The notes beneath the pieces were generated by a model. The model saw only the letters and a program-made list of their open reading frames with translations. It was not told the origin of the DNA and searched no databases. Shown here in pieces: positions 40,779 to 50,665 of a stretch of 64,000 nt of DNA. Position 1 is the first letter of the stretch. Each line of letters starts with the position of its first letter. Source of the DNA: Gemmatimonadales bacterium (lineage in GTDB: Bacteria > Gemmatimonadota > Gemmatimonadetes > Gemmatimonadales > GWC2-71-9); contig JBBCJC010000005.1 of assembly GCA_037189525.1 (NCBI GenBank), forward strand, positions 256,001-320,000. The letters are read 5' to 3'. The position numbers and the translations under genes are program-made.

Positions 40779-41881
40779 GTGCGGCTCCGTTCAGCCGGCG
40801 CCAGCGCACTCGGCATCTTGCGACGCGTCCGGTAGACGAACGCCAGGATCTCCGCGATTGCCACGTAGAGGGCGGGCGGAATGGGTGCGCCGACGACGGC
40901 CGTCGCCAGGAGCGCACGGGCCAGCGGCTTGTTCTCGATCGTCGGCACGCCCGCCTGCTTGGCGAGCTGCTTGATCCGCTCGGCCAGTTTGCGCTGACCC
41001 ATGGCCAGCACCACCGGCGCGCCCGATACGCTCGGGTCGTACTTCAAGGCAACCGCGATGTGCGTCGGGTTGGTAATCACCACGTCCGCCTTGGCAACCT
41101 GCGAGAGCATCCGCTGCCGGGTCCGCTGCCGGCCGAGCTGGCGGATCCGCGCCTTGATCTGGGGGTCGCCTTCCTGCTCGCGGTGCTCCTGCACGACTTC
41201 GTGCCGCGCCATCTTGAGCTTCTGTTCCATCCGGAAGAACTGAATGCCGTAGTCGAGCGCACCGATCGAGAGGAATGCCACCGCGATGGTGGCGCTGAGT
41301 CGGAATGCGGCCGAGCCCATCACGTTGCCGATTTCCTTGGGAGTTTCGTCGACCAGGCCAATGAAGTGCGGCCACGCGGAGCGAAAGACCAGGTATCCGA
41401 CGAATCCCAGCACCACCAGTTTGAGCGCGGATTTGAGCAGATTGATCAGCGAGTCGGCGCCGAAGATCCGGCCCAAACCCTTGATCGGATCGATGCGCGA
41501 GAGATCGGGCGCCGTCGGCTTCCAGGAGACCACGCCACGCGACTGCACCAGGCCGATGACGATCGCCACTACGGCCAGGCCGATGCCGAGCGGCGCCAGC
41601 ATCGCGGCCATCCGCAGCACCACGGCGCGAATCAGCGACACCGCGCCCAGGAAGCTCGGCGCCTCTGACGACAACCAGGTCGGACCGACCCGGAAGATGT
41701 CGATGGTGCCTCGGCTCATGGCCTTACCGGCAAAGGTCGCGAGCATCACGGAGCCGGCCAGCAGCATCGCCGAAGCGCCCAGTTCCACGCTCTTGGCAAT
41801 CTGGCCGTCTTCGCGCGCCTTTTCCCGGCGCCGTGGTGTAGGCGCTTCTGTTTTGTTGTCTGAGCCTTCGTCCTCAGCCAT
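40775..41881 (-). CDS. flhB: Export switch protein FlhB
   Basis: KTEAPTPRR, EGDPQIK, NPTH autocleavage motif. Confidence 0.97.
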   Translation of the reverse strand: MAEDEGSDNKTEAPTPRRREKAREDGQIAKSVELGASAMLLAGSVMLATFAGKAMSRGTIDIFRVGPTWLSSEAPSFLGAVSLIRAVVLRMAAMLAPLGIGLAVVAIVIGLVQSRGVVSWKPTAPDLSRIDPIKGLGRIFGADSLINLLKSALKLVVLGFVGYLVFRSAWPHFIGLVDETPKEIGNVMGSAAFRLSATIAVAFLSIGALDYGIQFFRMEQKLKMARHEVVQEHREQEGDPQIKARIRQLGRQRTRQRMLSQVAKADVVITNPTHIAVALKYDPSVSGAPVVLAMGQRKLAERIKQLAKQAGVPTIENKPLARALLATAVVGAPIPPALYVAIAEILAFVYRTRRKMPSALAPAERSRT

Positions 41882-41884
41882 GGC

Positions 41885-42682
41885 TCACTGTACTCCGCTA
41901 CGAATCATCAGATGGAGCAGCCCGTCGGCGCTGCCGATCGAGGCTCCATACCATTTTGCCAGGGCACGTACCACCAGCGACAACGACAGTCCGATCATCA
42001 GGAGTCCGATGCTCAGCGTCACGCCGAACGCCATTGCCATCGCGTTGAGCTGCGGCACCGCGCGGCTCAGGATCGCCATCAGGATGTTGGCGAGCGTGAG
42101 CGCGACCATGACCGGAGCGCAGATTTGGATCGCATACCGGAACACCGCGCCCGTCAGATCCAGCACCGCCATCGGGCCTTCCGTAAACGTGATCGAGGTA
42201 CCCGGCGGATAGTCGACGATGCTCCGGGCCAGCGCCTGCAGCATCACGACCGGTCCGTCGATCCCGATGAAGACGGCCAGGCCGAGCAACCAGTAGAGCT
42301 GGCTCAACGCGGGACCGCCGGTTTCGAGATTCGGCGTCAGCACCTGTCCGAGCGAGAGACCGGTTTGCATCGAGATCACTTCGCTCGCGAGCATCAGGGC
42401 ATGCGCCACGACCGCGGCGGTCAGCCCGATGACCAGACCGATGGTGAACTCCATCATCAGCGGCATCGGAATGCTGAGCACCCGATCGGGAAACGGCACC
42501 GTCCCCGCCAGCGGCGTCAGAATCGCGGCCAGCACCACGATCAGCGCGCCCTTGCTGGGCCGCGGAATCGAGACCATCGACCAGAACGGCGACAGCATCA
42601 TCAGCCCCGAGATCCGTGCCGAAATCAGCACGAACGACGGCCAGGCGCCGGGTGCGAAGAGACTCGTCGCCGCCGCGTCCAT
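41885..42682 (-). CDS. fliR: Export protein FliR
   Basis: Hydrophobic; RAVPQLN; fliQ-fliR-flhB order. Confidence 0.92.
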   Translation of the reverse strand: MDAAATSLFAPGAWPSFVLISARISGLMMLSPFWSMVSIPRPSKGALIVVLAAILTPLAGTVPFPDRVLSIPMPLMMEFTIGLVIGLTAAVVAHALMLASEVISMQTGLSLGQVLTPNLETGGPALSQLYWLLGLAVFIGIDGPVVMLQALARSIVDYPPGTSITFTEGPMAVLDLTGAVFRYAIQICAPVMVALTLANILMAILSRAVPQLNAMAMAFGVTLSIGLLMIGLSLSLVVRALAKWYGASIGSADGLLHLMIRSGVQ

Positions 42683-42951
42683 CAGCCCGCCACCGAGGGG
42701 AGAGAACGGATCGCCACGATCAGAAACTCGCTCAGCTTACGGATCATCCAGGGCAGCGTCAGCACGAAGATCACGGCCATGGTCAGCAGCTTGGGCAGGA
42801 AGGTCAGGGTCTGTTCCTGCAGCTGCGTCACGGCCTGGATCAGCGTCACGATCAGACCGACGATCATGGCCGACAGCAGCAACGGCGCCGCCACGACCAG
42901 GGTCAGCATCACCGCCTGCCGAATCAGTTCCGCCGCCTGAATCGCGCTCAT
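42682..42951 (-). CDS. fliQ: Export protein FliQ
   Basis: GLIVTLIQAVTQLQEQTLTFLPK. Confidence 0.95.
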   Translation of the reverse strand: MSAIQAAELIRQAVMLTLVVAAPLLLSAMIVGLIVTLIQAVTQLQEQTLTFLPKLLTMAVIFVLTLPWMIRKLSEFLIVAIRSLPSVAG

Positions 42952-42957
42952 CGTCGG

Positions 42958-44142
42958 CTACCGGTTGAAGCTCGAGACCAGGTTCTGGCCCACCAGCGAC
43001 CACCCGTCTGCGAGTACGAAGAGCAGCAGCTTGAACGGCAGCGAGATCATGACCGGCGGCACCATGAACATGCCGAGACTCATCAGTGACGTCGCCACGA
43101 TGAGGTCGACCACCACGAACGGAATGAACAGCACGAATCCCATCCAGAACGCCGTCGTCAGCTCGCTCGTCACGAAGGCGGAGACGATCGTCATCAACGG
43201 GATCTCGTCCTCGGACTGGGCCTCGGTGGCGCCGGTCATCTCGGTGAAGGCGGCCAGATCTTTTTCGCGCACGTTGGCCAGCATGAAGCGCCGAAACGGC
43301 ACCGCCGCGGCTTGGTATGCCTGATTCTGATCGATCCGCCCTTCCAGATACGGCTGAATGGCCGTCTGGTTGGCTTCCGTCAGAACCGGATGCATCACCA
43401 CGCCGGTGAGCAGCACCGCGATGGCCACCATCAGCTGTCCGGGAGGACTTCCCTGCGTACCGAGCGCCGACCGGAGAAAGTGGAGCACGACGAGGATCCG
43501 GGTAAACCCGGTCATCAGCAGCACCACCGCCGGCAGCAGCGTCATCGCGCCGAGGAAGACGACCAGGCCGACCGTACCGCTCAGGCGGAGCTGCTCGTTG
43601 CCTTGACCGATCTTGACGTCGATGGCGGGGGCTTCGGGCGGCTTGACCTTGATATTGTCGGGGATTCGGGTGGTCGGTACCACCGGCCGCGGCGCCACGG
43701 ACGTCGGCGGCGACACCGGCAAGGGACGCCCCGCATCCTGCGCAGAGAGCGACGAGCCGCCCAGTGCCACCACAGTCAGGATGCCGAGCGTGAGCCGGGA
43801 GAGGAGCCGCTTGAGTTCGAGGTCTTTCCGGGCCGGGATCGGCGCCGCATCGGGATCGGCTGCCGGCAGGTCGCCGATGGCCGTCAGACGATCTTCGCCG
43901 CGGAGTTCGGTCAGCAGGGTCGGCCCCTGCTCGGAGGTTCCGACGACGAGGACCCGGCGCCCCAGCCGAACCAGCGCAACGCCCTGCTTCGGACCAAGCG
44001 CCATCCGCTGGATCACGGACATCGGCACCTTGCCGTGCGCCACGCCCCGGCGATCGAGCCGCTGCAGCAGGCGAAGCGCCATCAGCAGCAAACCGATCGT
44101 AATTGCCATTGCGCCCAGTAGCCCGGGCAACCCGTCAGCCAT
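42958..44142 (-). CDS. fliP: FliO-FliP fusion protein
   Basis: Residues 1-95 are FliO-like (TM, ALGPKQGVALVRLGRRVLVVG). The C-terminal part is FliP (MTGFTRI, LGTQGSPP, AFVTSEL, PPVMISLPFKLLLFVLADGW). One uninterrupted frame. Confidence 0.9.
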   Translation of the reverse strand: MADGLPGLLGAMAITIGLLLMALRLLQRLDRRGVAHGKVPMSVIQRMALGPKQGVALVRLGRRVLVVGTSEQGPTLLTELRGEDRLTAIGDLPAADPDAAPIPARKDLELKRLLSRLTLGILTVVALGGSSLSAQDAGRPLPVSPPTSVAPRPVVPTTRIPDNIKVKPPEAPAIDVKIGQGNEQLRLSGTVGLVVFLGAMTLLPAVVLLMTGFTRILVVLHFLRSALGTQGSPPGQLMVAIAVLLTGVVMHPVLTEANQTAIQPYLEGRIDQNQAYQAAAVPFRRFMLANVREKDLAAFTEMTGATEAQSEDEIPLMTIVSAFVTSELTTAFWMGFVLFIPFVVVDLIVATSLMSLGMFMVPPVMISLPFKLLLFVLADGWSLVGQNLVSSFNR

Positions 44143-44471
44143 TACGCGACCTCGCCATCCTGGTCGGCAAGGATCCGGGTAATCCGAACGCCGAAGTGCT
44201 CACCGACCACGACGACCTCACCCTCGGCCAGTTTGCGGTCGCTCACGAAGATATCGATCGGTTCGCCGACCATCCGCTCGAGTTTGACGACGGACCCGAC
44301 GCCCAGACCCAGGACATCCTGGACCGTCATCGTGGTGCGGCCGAACTCGATCGACACGGGCAGCGACATGTCGAGCAGCGTGTCGAGTGACGTCGGCGCC
44401 GAGATCGTCTGAGGTGCGCCTGCCAGGTCCTTCAGGGGTTCCATGCCTGCGTCCGATGTTGGTTGAGTCAC
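44142..44471 (-). CDS. fliN: Motor switch protein FliN
   Basis: LLDMSLPVSIEFGRT...GEVVVVGEHFGVRIT. Confidence 0.93.
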   Translation of the reverse strand: MTQPTSDAGMEPLKDLAGAPQTISAPTSLDTLLDMSLPVSIEFGRTTMTVQDVLGLGVGSVVKLERMVGEPIDIFVSDRKLAEGEVVVVGEHFGVRITRILADQDGEVA

Positions 44472-45457
44472 TGAATCCTCCCTCGTGTCGCGCGTGAGGC
44501 CGGCGCGGGTACGGCAGGAGCCGCACCCGCAATCCGAAGCCCGAGCGCGCGACGGTACTGTCCGAGATGTGCGAGAAAACGACGGGCACCGTTGACATGC
44601 AATTCGACCGGACCGTCGACGGGATGTGAGGTTTGAATCACCTGACCGACCTTGAGCGAGGCGACTTCACGGGCCGAGAGTTTGAGCATCGGCAGCCGCG
44701 CAACCAGGTCGACCTGGGCGCCGCGCACCGCCGTTTCGACGGCCCGCTGCTGCACCGGCGGGACCACCTGACGGGTCGGCTGCCGGCTCGCGCTGCTCTT
44801 CTCGGCCAGATAGTTCTCGAGCACGCCGAGGGGAATGCACATCGAGATCACCGCGGTCGAGCTGCCGGCCTGCACTTCGAGATTCGCCGCCAGGACGTTG
44901 TCCTCCGGCGAGGTGATCTGCAGCATTTCCGGGGTCGACTCGAAGCCCGCGACTTCGGGCGACAGCACCAGGTGATCCTGCCAGGCCTCCTTGAAGTGCA
45001 TCACCATCTTGTCGACGATGCCGCGCGCCACGGTGCGTTCCACCACCGTCAGAGCGCGCTGGAACCCGCCCATCTCCCCCGGGCCGCCGAAGAGGCGGTC
45101 GAGAATGAAGAAGGCCAGATCGGTGCTCAGGTCGAGCACGCAGAGGCGCTGGTCGTCCGGGAAAAGCGAGAAGGTGAACGCTGCGCAGGGATTGCCGATC
45201 GAGAGGATGTACTCGGAAAAGGTCGCCTGCTCGAAGGTGCAGGTGACGTCGACCGGGATCCGGAGGCGCGACGACAGAGTCGATTGTACCGACAGCGCAA
45301 ACCGCGAGAAGATCGGTTCCAGTTGGAGCCGATGATCTTTGGAAATCCGCGACGGGCGCAGGAAGTTGTAGGGCGCGACGCCCCAGAGCAGCTGATCGAC
45401 GTCGCGCTGCGTCAGGGTGTTCCGCCCGCCGGGCCGTCCCTTGAGACCGCTGGTCAT
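44468..45457 (-). CDS. fliM: Motor switch protein FliM
   Basis: LTQRDVDQLL CheY-binding-like peptide, YNFLRPSRISK, DRLFGGPG, SpoA-type C-terminus. Confidence 0.9.
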   Translation of the reverse strand: MTSGLKGRPGGRNTLTQRDVDQLLWGVAPYNFLRPSRISKDHRLQLEPIFSRFALSVQSTLSSRLRIPVDVTCTFEQATFSEYILSIGNPCAAFTFSLFPDDQRLCVLDLSTDLAFFILDRLFGGPGEMGGFQRALTVVERTVARGIVDKMVMHFKEAWQDHLVLSPEVAGFESTPEMLQITSPEDNVLAANLEVQAGSSTAVISMCIPLGVLENYLAEKSSASRQPTRQVVPPVQQRAVETAVRGAQVDLVARLPMLKLSAREVASLKVGQVIQTSHPVDGPVELHVNGARRFLAHLGQYRRALGLRIAGAAPAVPAPASRATRGRIQ

Positions 45458-45470
45458 GGTGGTCGGCCGA

Positions 45471-45998
45471 TTATTGGATGACGAACTGCGGCAGGAAGAC
45501 GCGCAGCTTGGGGCGGCTTCCGGTAATGACCGACAGCGTATCCGCCAGCCGATTCTTGAGGGTATCGCGGATGCCGACCTGGCTCAGCGACTCCATGGTT
45601 TCGCGCTCGAGCAGCGAGATGCTCACGTCGCGGATCTGCGCTTCCTGACGACGGAGCTGTTCCTCGTGAGATGCGCTGCTGGTCTCCACCGCCACCGACA
45701 CCATCAGGAAGCGGGAGCCCTGCGAACCGGCCGGATTGACGATCAGATTGTCGATCCGGAACATCGGGCCCTTGGATTCCCTGCCCGCCGTCTTGCCGGT
45801 TGCGGAATCGGGGTGCTGCGCCGGATCGAGCGCCGCGGTCTGGTGCGCGGGAGCGAGCATCGGAGCGATGACCATCACGCCGACCGCGCCGCCCGCGATG
45901 GTCATGATCGCCACGACCAGGGGAAGGATCAGTTTGTTCGGGGCTTTCGGAGCCTGTGCCTCTTCGGCGCCCTCGGCTGGCGTTGTTTCTTCGGACAT
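45471..45998 (-). CDS. fliL: Flagellar basal body protein FliL
   Basis: Single TM, LIVNPAGSQGSRFL, IRD, FLPQFVIQ C-terminus. Confidence 0.9.
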   Translation of the reverse strand: MSEETTPAEGAEEAQAPKAPNKLILPLVVAIMTIAGGAVGVMVIAPMLAPAHQTAALDPAQHPDSATGKTAGRESKGPMFRIDNLIVNPAGSQGSRFLMVSVAVETSSASHEEQLRRQEAQIRDVSISLLERETMESLSQVGIRDTLKNRLADTLSVITGSRPKLRVFLPQFVIQ

Positions 45999-46048
45999 AA
46001 CTCCCCTGCTTTGACTCGGAAGACGGAACTACTCGCCGAGTCGCAAAG

Positions 46049-46063
46049 GCAACGCACATACCA
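46049..46063 (-). promoter_or_regulatory. Sigma54 promoter for the fliL...fliA operon
   Basis: Minus strand TGGTAT-GTGCG-TTGC, about 50 nt upstream of the fliL ATG. Confidence 0.78.
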
Positions 46064-46180
46064 CGAAAATGCGGCGGGAGACCAGCCGGGGACCTGCCAG
46101 CTATCCTGTTGCAGGAACTAGACTTACAGAAACGGCTTTCGGGGGCGTCGGACCGGGGCGTCTGCCCGGAACGACCGGAG

Positions 46181-46219
46181 GGGAATTCCTTGCCGCGCTC
46201 GGGTCGGCGGAAACTGCCG
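46181..46219. promoter_or_regulatory. Tandem candidate enhancer (UAS) sites for the sigma54 activator
   Basis: GGGA-ATTCCTT-GCCG (46181-46195) and CGGC-GGAAACT-GCCG (46205-46219), 120-155 bp upstream of the fliL promoter. Confidence 0.55.
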
Positions 46220-46300
46220 AGCCAGGGGGACGGAAACGGCGGCGCGGGGGTGCGGTCAGACGACCTCACCCCCGAACCCTACCCCCCCATTACGCCATCC

Positions 46301-47653
46301 TTACCGCTTGAGGTTGACCATCTCAGTCAGCATCTCGTCCGCCGTCGTGATGACACGGGCCGCCGCCTGGAAGCCGCGCTGGGCCACGATCATCTCGGTA
46401 AACTGCTCCGACAGGTCGACGTTCGAGGACTCGAGCGCCGAGGCCGTGATCGTCGAGGTGTTGCTCGACCCGGCAAAGCCCAGGACCGCCACGCCGGAGT
46501 TCGGCGACGACTCGAACATGTTGTCGCCGCGGCGGAGCAACGCCGTCGGGTTGTTGAACTGCGCCAGTGAGAGCTGGGCGACCGGGCGGCTCACACCGTT
46601 GGTGTAGAAGCCCGTCATGACGCCGCTCGCGTCGATCGAGATGTCGGCCAGATCGCCGCTGCTGTAGCCGTCCTGCGCGGTAAAGACCGCGTTCGACGGA
46701 TTCGAGAACTGCGACAATCCGTTGATGTCGTTGAGGCTGCCCGGATCGAGGGTGATGTCGAACGGGGTACCACCGGATGCCGGGGTGACCCGAATCCGGA
46801 CGTTCTCGGTCGACATGTCCGTGACGCCGTTGCTGAAGTCGACCATCTGGCCGCTGGCGTTGAAGGTCACCAGACCCTGATCGGCGTCGAGCGCCGCCGT
46901 CGCCGCCGGCGTGGCGTTATCGATGGCTTCGACGGTACCGGTCTCGGTGGTGATCGAGTAGCTCCAGGTGTTATTCGATGCGGGGGGCGTCCCCGCGAAC
47001 ACCTGACGGAAGGTCATGACCAGGTTGTGCGCCTGTCCCGCCGTGTCGTAGACCGTGATCGACATCTGGTGCGGCTCGGACACCGTCGCGGGCGACGTTT
47101 CCGTGATCTGCTGATTGAGGTTCAGGTTACCGGCCAGCCGCACGGACTCGGTCGCGCGAGCGGGCGACTTGAGGTTGAGCGACAGGTCGATCCCGGTCAC
47201 CGCGGACGACGACGAGAAGTTGCCGTTCGGGTCCGCATTGATGCCCTGGACGATGAAGCCGTTGGACGGCGACACCAGCCGGTTGTTGGCATCGAACTGG
47301 AAGTTGCCGGCGCGGGTGTAGAGCGCGCGGCCGTTGCCGCTCACGACGAAGAAGGCATCGCCCGAGATGGCGACGTCCGTCTTGACCCCGGTCGACTGGA
47401 CCGTCCCCTGGGTGAACTTGGTGTCGATACTGGCCACCCGCATACCGTTACCGATCTGCATCGGGTTCCGGCCACCCGAGTTCTCCGGCGGCCGCGTGGC
47501 CCCCTGGAGCAGCTGGTTGAACGACTCCGCAAAGGTGACCCGCGACGACTTGAACGCCACGGTATTCACGTTTGCGATGTTGTTGCCGATAACATCCATC
47601 TGCACCTGTTGATTCTTCAAGCCGGATACACCGGCAAACAGCGCGCGCATCAT
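46301..47653 (-). CDS. flgE: Flagellar hook protein FlgE
   Basis: DVIGNNIANVNTVAFK, YTRAGNF, LESSNVDLSEQFTEMIVAQRGFQA. Confidence 0.95.
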   Translation of the reverse strand: MMRALFAGVSGLKNQQVQMDVIGNNIANVNTVAFKSSRVTFAESFNQLLQGATRPPENSGGRNPMQIGNGMRVASIDTKFTQGTVQSTGVKTDVAISGDAFFVVSGNGRALYTRAGNFQFDANNRLVSPSNGFIVQGINADPNGNFSSSSAVTGIDLSLNLKSPARATESVRLAGNLNLNQQITETSPATVSEPHQMSITVYDTAGQAHNLVMTFRQVFAGTPPASNNTWSYSITTETGTVEAIDNATPAATAALDADQGLVTFNASGQMVDFSNGVTDMSTENVRIRVTPASGGTPFDITLDPGSLNDINGLSQFSNPSNAVFTAQDGYSSGDLADISIDASGVMTGFYTNGVSRPVAQLSLAQFNNPTALLRRGDNMFESSPNSGVAVLGFAGSSNTSTITASALESSNVDLSEQFTEMIVAQRGFQAAARVITTADEMLTEMVNLKR

Positions 47654-47667
47654 TGGAGCATATCTCC

Positions 47668-48318
47668 TTACGTCAGGGGGGTAATCTCAGAAAGTCTATC
47701 GAGCGGTACGCGGATGCTGCCGATCCGGAGCAGCACCTGGCCGCCCTCGAACGACACGCCATCCACGACGCCTTGCGTATAGGTACGGACGGCGACATTC
47801 TCGCCGCTCGCGTTTTCGACCTGGACCGAATAGTGATGCACACCAGACGGGAGTCCGCCCGGCGGATTGATCGTCTGGAGACCGCCACGAACGGTGCCGA
47901 GATCACGGGTCGCGACCACGTTACCCGAGGTATCGTAGAGCGTCAGCGTGCCGCGCCCGCCCGGGCTCGCCACCTCCGCCTGGAACGAGGTCGAGCCTCC
48001 GCTCACCAAGAGCTGGTTCCCTTCGGCCACGACGTGCCGGCCAATCAGCGAAGCGCCGAGATTGGTCTTGTCGAGCAGCGTCCGGGCAATCGAATCTGCC
48101 TGCTGCGCATCGAAGGCCTTGTTGAGCTGGCTCAGCTGCTCGACCGACGAGAACTGGGCCAGCTGCGCCGCAAAGGCGTCCGGCGCCAGCGGGTTGAGCG
48201 GATCCTGATGCCGGAGCTGTGTCACCAGGAGCGACAGGAATTGGTCCCGTCCAAGCTCCTGGCGATCACGCACCGGCGTGGTCGGGCTCGAGCCCAAGCC
48301 CGCGAGCGGTGATGTCAT
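47668..48318 (-). CDS. flgD: Hook capping protein FlgD
   Basis: FLSLLVTQLRHQDPLNP...AQLAQFSSVEQL. Confidence 0.93.
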   Translation of the reverse strand: MTSPLAGLGSSPTTPVRDRQELGRDQFLSLLVTQLRHQDPLNPLAPDAFAAQLAQFSSVEQLSQLNKAFDAQQADSIARTLLDKTNLGASLIGRHVVAEGNQLLVSGGSTSFQAEVASPGGRGTLTLYDTSGNVVATRDLGTVRGGLQTINPPGGLPSGVHHYSVQVENASGENVAVRTYTQGVVDGVSFEGGQVLLRIGSIRVPLDRLSEITPLT

Positions 48319-50192
48319 CCCTGTCCTCCTCGTTTGTCCTGCCTCTGATCCCGCGACCGATGTGACGGCCGCTGGTCCTCACGCTGCTGGTCCCGCGGAT
48401 CGCGCGGGGTTTCCCGCCGTTGGTCCTCGGCCCGCGGCCGATCGGCCATGCGCGCCTCGAACCCGGTCGTCTCGACTACGTCTCGCACCATCAACGTGGG
48501 CGACGACGCGCTGTTCTCTACCACCCGGGGCGCCTGTACCGTCACGGCGGCATCGGCAAAGCCGCGGTCACCGAGCTGCTGCTTGAGCTGCCGCAAGTCG
48601 ACCGTGAGGCGCTCGGCCAGCACCGGATCGTTGGGCAGAATGGTGGCTCGGACGGATGTGCCCGCCACCGAAACCTTGAGCCGCCCGTACTCGCCCTGAT
48701 CGTCGGCGATATTGAGCATCAGATGTTCGACCCGCCGGGCAATCCGATCGGTCGGATCAGCGGCGGTTGCCGCCCCCGGAGTCGGGCGAATTCCTGAAGC
48801 GACCTCGGGCGCGCCGGATTCGACCGGCAGCTGTGCTGCAGCGGGCGTCGCCAGCAGGACCGGATCGGCCTGTTCACTACGCGCACTGATCGTCACGGGC
48901 TCTGACGGTGTGCCCGGCTGGCGCACGATTCGGAACTCTTCGAGACCCCGCGTCGCGGCCAGCGCTCGATGCTCAGCAGTCTTTCCGCCGGATTCCCGAC
49001 CGCTGTGCGCGTCGGCGTCCCGCCGATTGCCGGCCAAGCCATCGCCCTGCCCCGCCAGCACCTGGTTCCGCAGGCGGTCATAGGCCGAGACCTCGGCCGA
49101 CTCCACCCGACTGCGACCGGTGATTACCGGTGCCGTCTCCTCCGGTACAGCATCCAGGGCATCGAGCGGGAATGCGAAGCCGCCGATTTCCACCGCGGGA
49201 TGACGCGCTTCATACCGGGCCAGTAAGGCTTCGGGGTCCAGCCCCTCATCCAGGAACTGCTCCATCCCGATCCGCTGCTCACCACTCCATCCCGGATTCG
49301 TCGCAACCGAGCGAGCGGGCGCGCGTTCCGGCCGCGATCCGAACTCAGTCGATGCCGGCTCATCGTCGATGGTCTCACCGTCGAGCAACCGATCGCGGTA
49401 CACGGCCGAGCTCTGATGAACCGACGCCGGCGAGGCAGCTCCCCAGACGCCAGCAAGTGGAACTCCGGCTGCATCGGGCGAACCCGGAACAACCGCTGTA
49501 CGGTCTGCCGCGAGATCAAACTCCGAATCGGACGACAAATCAGCATCGAGTCGTCGGTCGGTCTTATCGATCGATGAACGTTCTCGGACGGTTACATCAT
49601 CCGGGTTTGCACTATTCGTCGAACTGCCCGTTAGGCGGGTCTGATCGCTCGAGGTCGGCAGTTCCGTTTCATCGGCACCTTCAACAGCCGGGCGCACGAC
49701 CTCGGTCGGGATCGACGAACCAGCGGACTTCGGCGCCTCAACTGCAGAGGTCGTAGACAAGCCGGTCGAGAGATCCGGACCCACCAGGTCCACCATCTCC
49801 TCGGCCGCGCCGTGACGAACCTCCGTCGGCACCGGAGCCGATCGGCGTCCAGCGACCGCAAGCCAGTTCTCGAGGCTCTTACTCAGCGGTACCACCGCAC
49901 CATCGTCGACAACCGAAGTGGCATCGGCGGTCGTTTCCGAAGCGCCCGGCGTAGCACCCTCCTCGGTCGCTTGCTCCGGATCGAGGCGCCACTCGCCGTC
50001 GAGCACCAGTTCCACGGGCGCCTCGGCCGGAGCGGTCCGAACCGCCGACGGCGAGATCATGGCACCGAGCGCCAATTCGAACGCCCCGCCCGATTCACTC
50101 GTCCCGGCCGCCGCCCGGAAGGCACGCGATGCCGCCTTCCCCTGGGCCGATTCGCCTGCCGAAGGCAGGACGATGGACATCGGCAACGTCAT
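48315..50192 (-). CDS. fliK: Hook-length control protein FliK (625 aa)
   Basis: Long low-complexity A/S/T/P/E-rich region, then a T3S4-like C-domain (EYGRLKVSV...LKQQLGDRGF); directly upstream of flgD. Confidence 0.72.
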   Translation of the reverse strand: MTLPMSIVLPSAGESAQGKAASRAFRAAAGTSESGGAFELALGAMISPSAVRTAPAEAPVELVLDGEWRLDPEQATEEGATPGASETTADATSVVDDGAVVPLSKSLENWLAVAGRRSAPVPTEVRHGAAEEMVDLVGPDLSTGLSTTSAVEAPKSAGSSIPTEVVRPAVEGADETELPTSSDQTRLTGSSTNSANPDDVTVRERSSIDKTDRRLDADLSSDSEFDLAADRTAVVPGSPDAAGVPLAGVWGAASPASVHQSSAVYRDRLLDGETIDDEPASTEFGSRPERAPARSVATNPGWSGEQRIGMEQFLDEGLDPEALLARYEARHPAVEIGGFAFPLDALDAVPEETAPVITGRSRVESAEVSAYDRLRNQVLAGQGDGLAGNRRDADAHSGRESGGKTAEHRALAATRGLEEFRIVRQPGTPSEPVTISARSEQADPVLLATPAAAQLPVESGAPEVASGIRPTPGAATAADPTDRIARRVEHLMLNIADDQGEYGRLKVSVAGTSVRATILPNDPVLAERLTVDLRQLKQQLGDRGFADAAVTVQAPRVVENSASSPTLMVRDVVETTGFEARMADRPRAEDQRRETPRDPRDQQREDQRPSHRSRDQRQDKRGGQG

Positions 50193-50665
50193 CAGGTCCC
50201 TCCCCGGGTTCCAGCGGTCGGCGTCAGCAGGCGCCGGCTCAGCATCGCCGCCCGCTCCTGCGGAAGCGATCCCAGCAATGCGGCGACCTGCTTGGCATTC
50301 AGTTGTCGCACGATCGTCTCGACCTCATCATCCGTCAGCTTCTCGATGATCTCGGCGGCCGCTTTGGGCTTCATCGTGATCAGGATCTTGGCCACCTCGC
50401 GCGCGCCTCGCGGATCGACCACGGGTTCGGTAACGGCCGGCACCGCAACCGCCGAACGCGCCGAATCGGGTCGGGTCAGCAGCGCGGCCACCTGAACGGC
50501 GCTCGCGGAATCATTGCTTGCCACCACGGCCCGCGGCCGGACGCTGTCGATCAGCGAATCGGCGACGACAGCCGGGCGCTCCGGCGCAACGAAGATCGAA
50601 AACCAGGTCGCTCCGGCAATCGCCATCAGGAACGCGAACAGCGCCAGGATCAGGTTCTGCTTCAT
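50192..50665 (-). CDS. MotE/MgtE_N-like flagellar protein
   Basis: N-terminal TM; AKILITMKPKAAAEIIEKL...VAALLGSLPQERAA helical repeats; between fliJ and fliK. Confidence 0.7.
   Translation of the reverse strand: MKQNLILALFAFLMAIAGATWFSIFVAPERPAVVADSLIDSVRPRAVVASNDSASAVQVAALLTRPDSARSAVAVPAVTEPVVDPRGAREVAKILITMKPKAAAEIIEKLTDDEVETIVRQLNAKQVAALLGSLPQERAAMLSRRLLTPTAGTRGGT

Noticed and set aside
46245..46274. Hairpin after flgE as an intrinsic terminator
   Set aside because: The stem is plausible but imperfect and lacks an adjacent U-tract, so it was not called.
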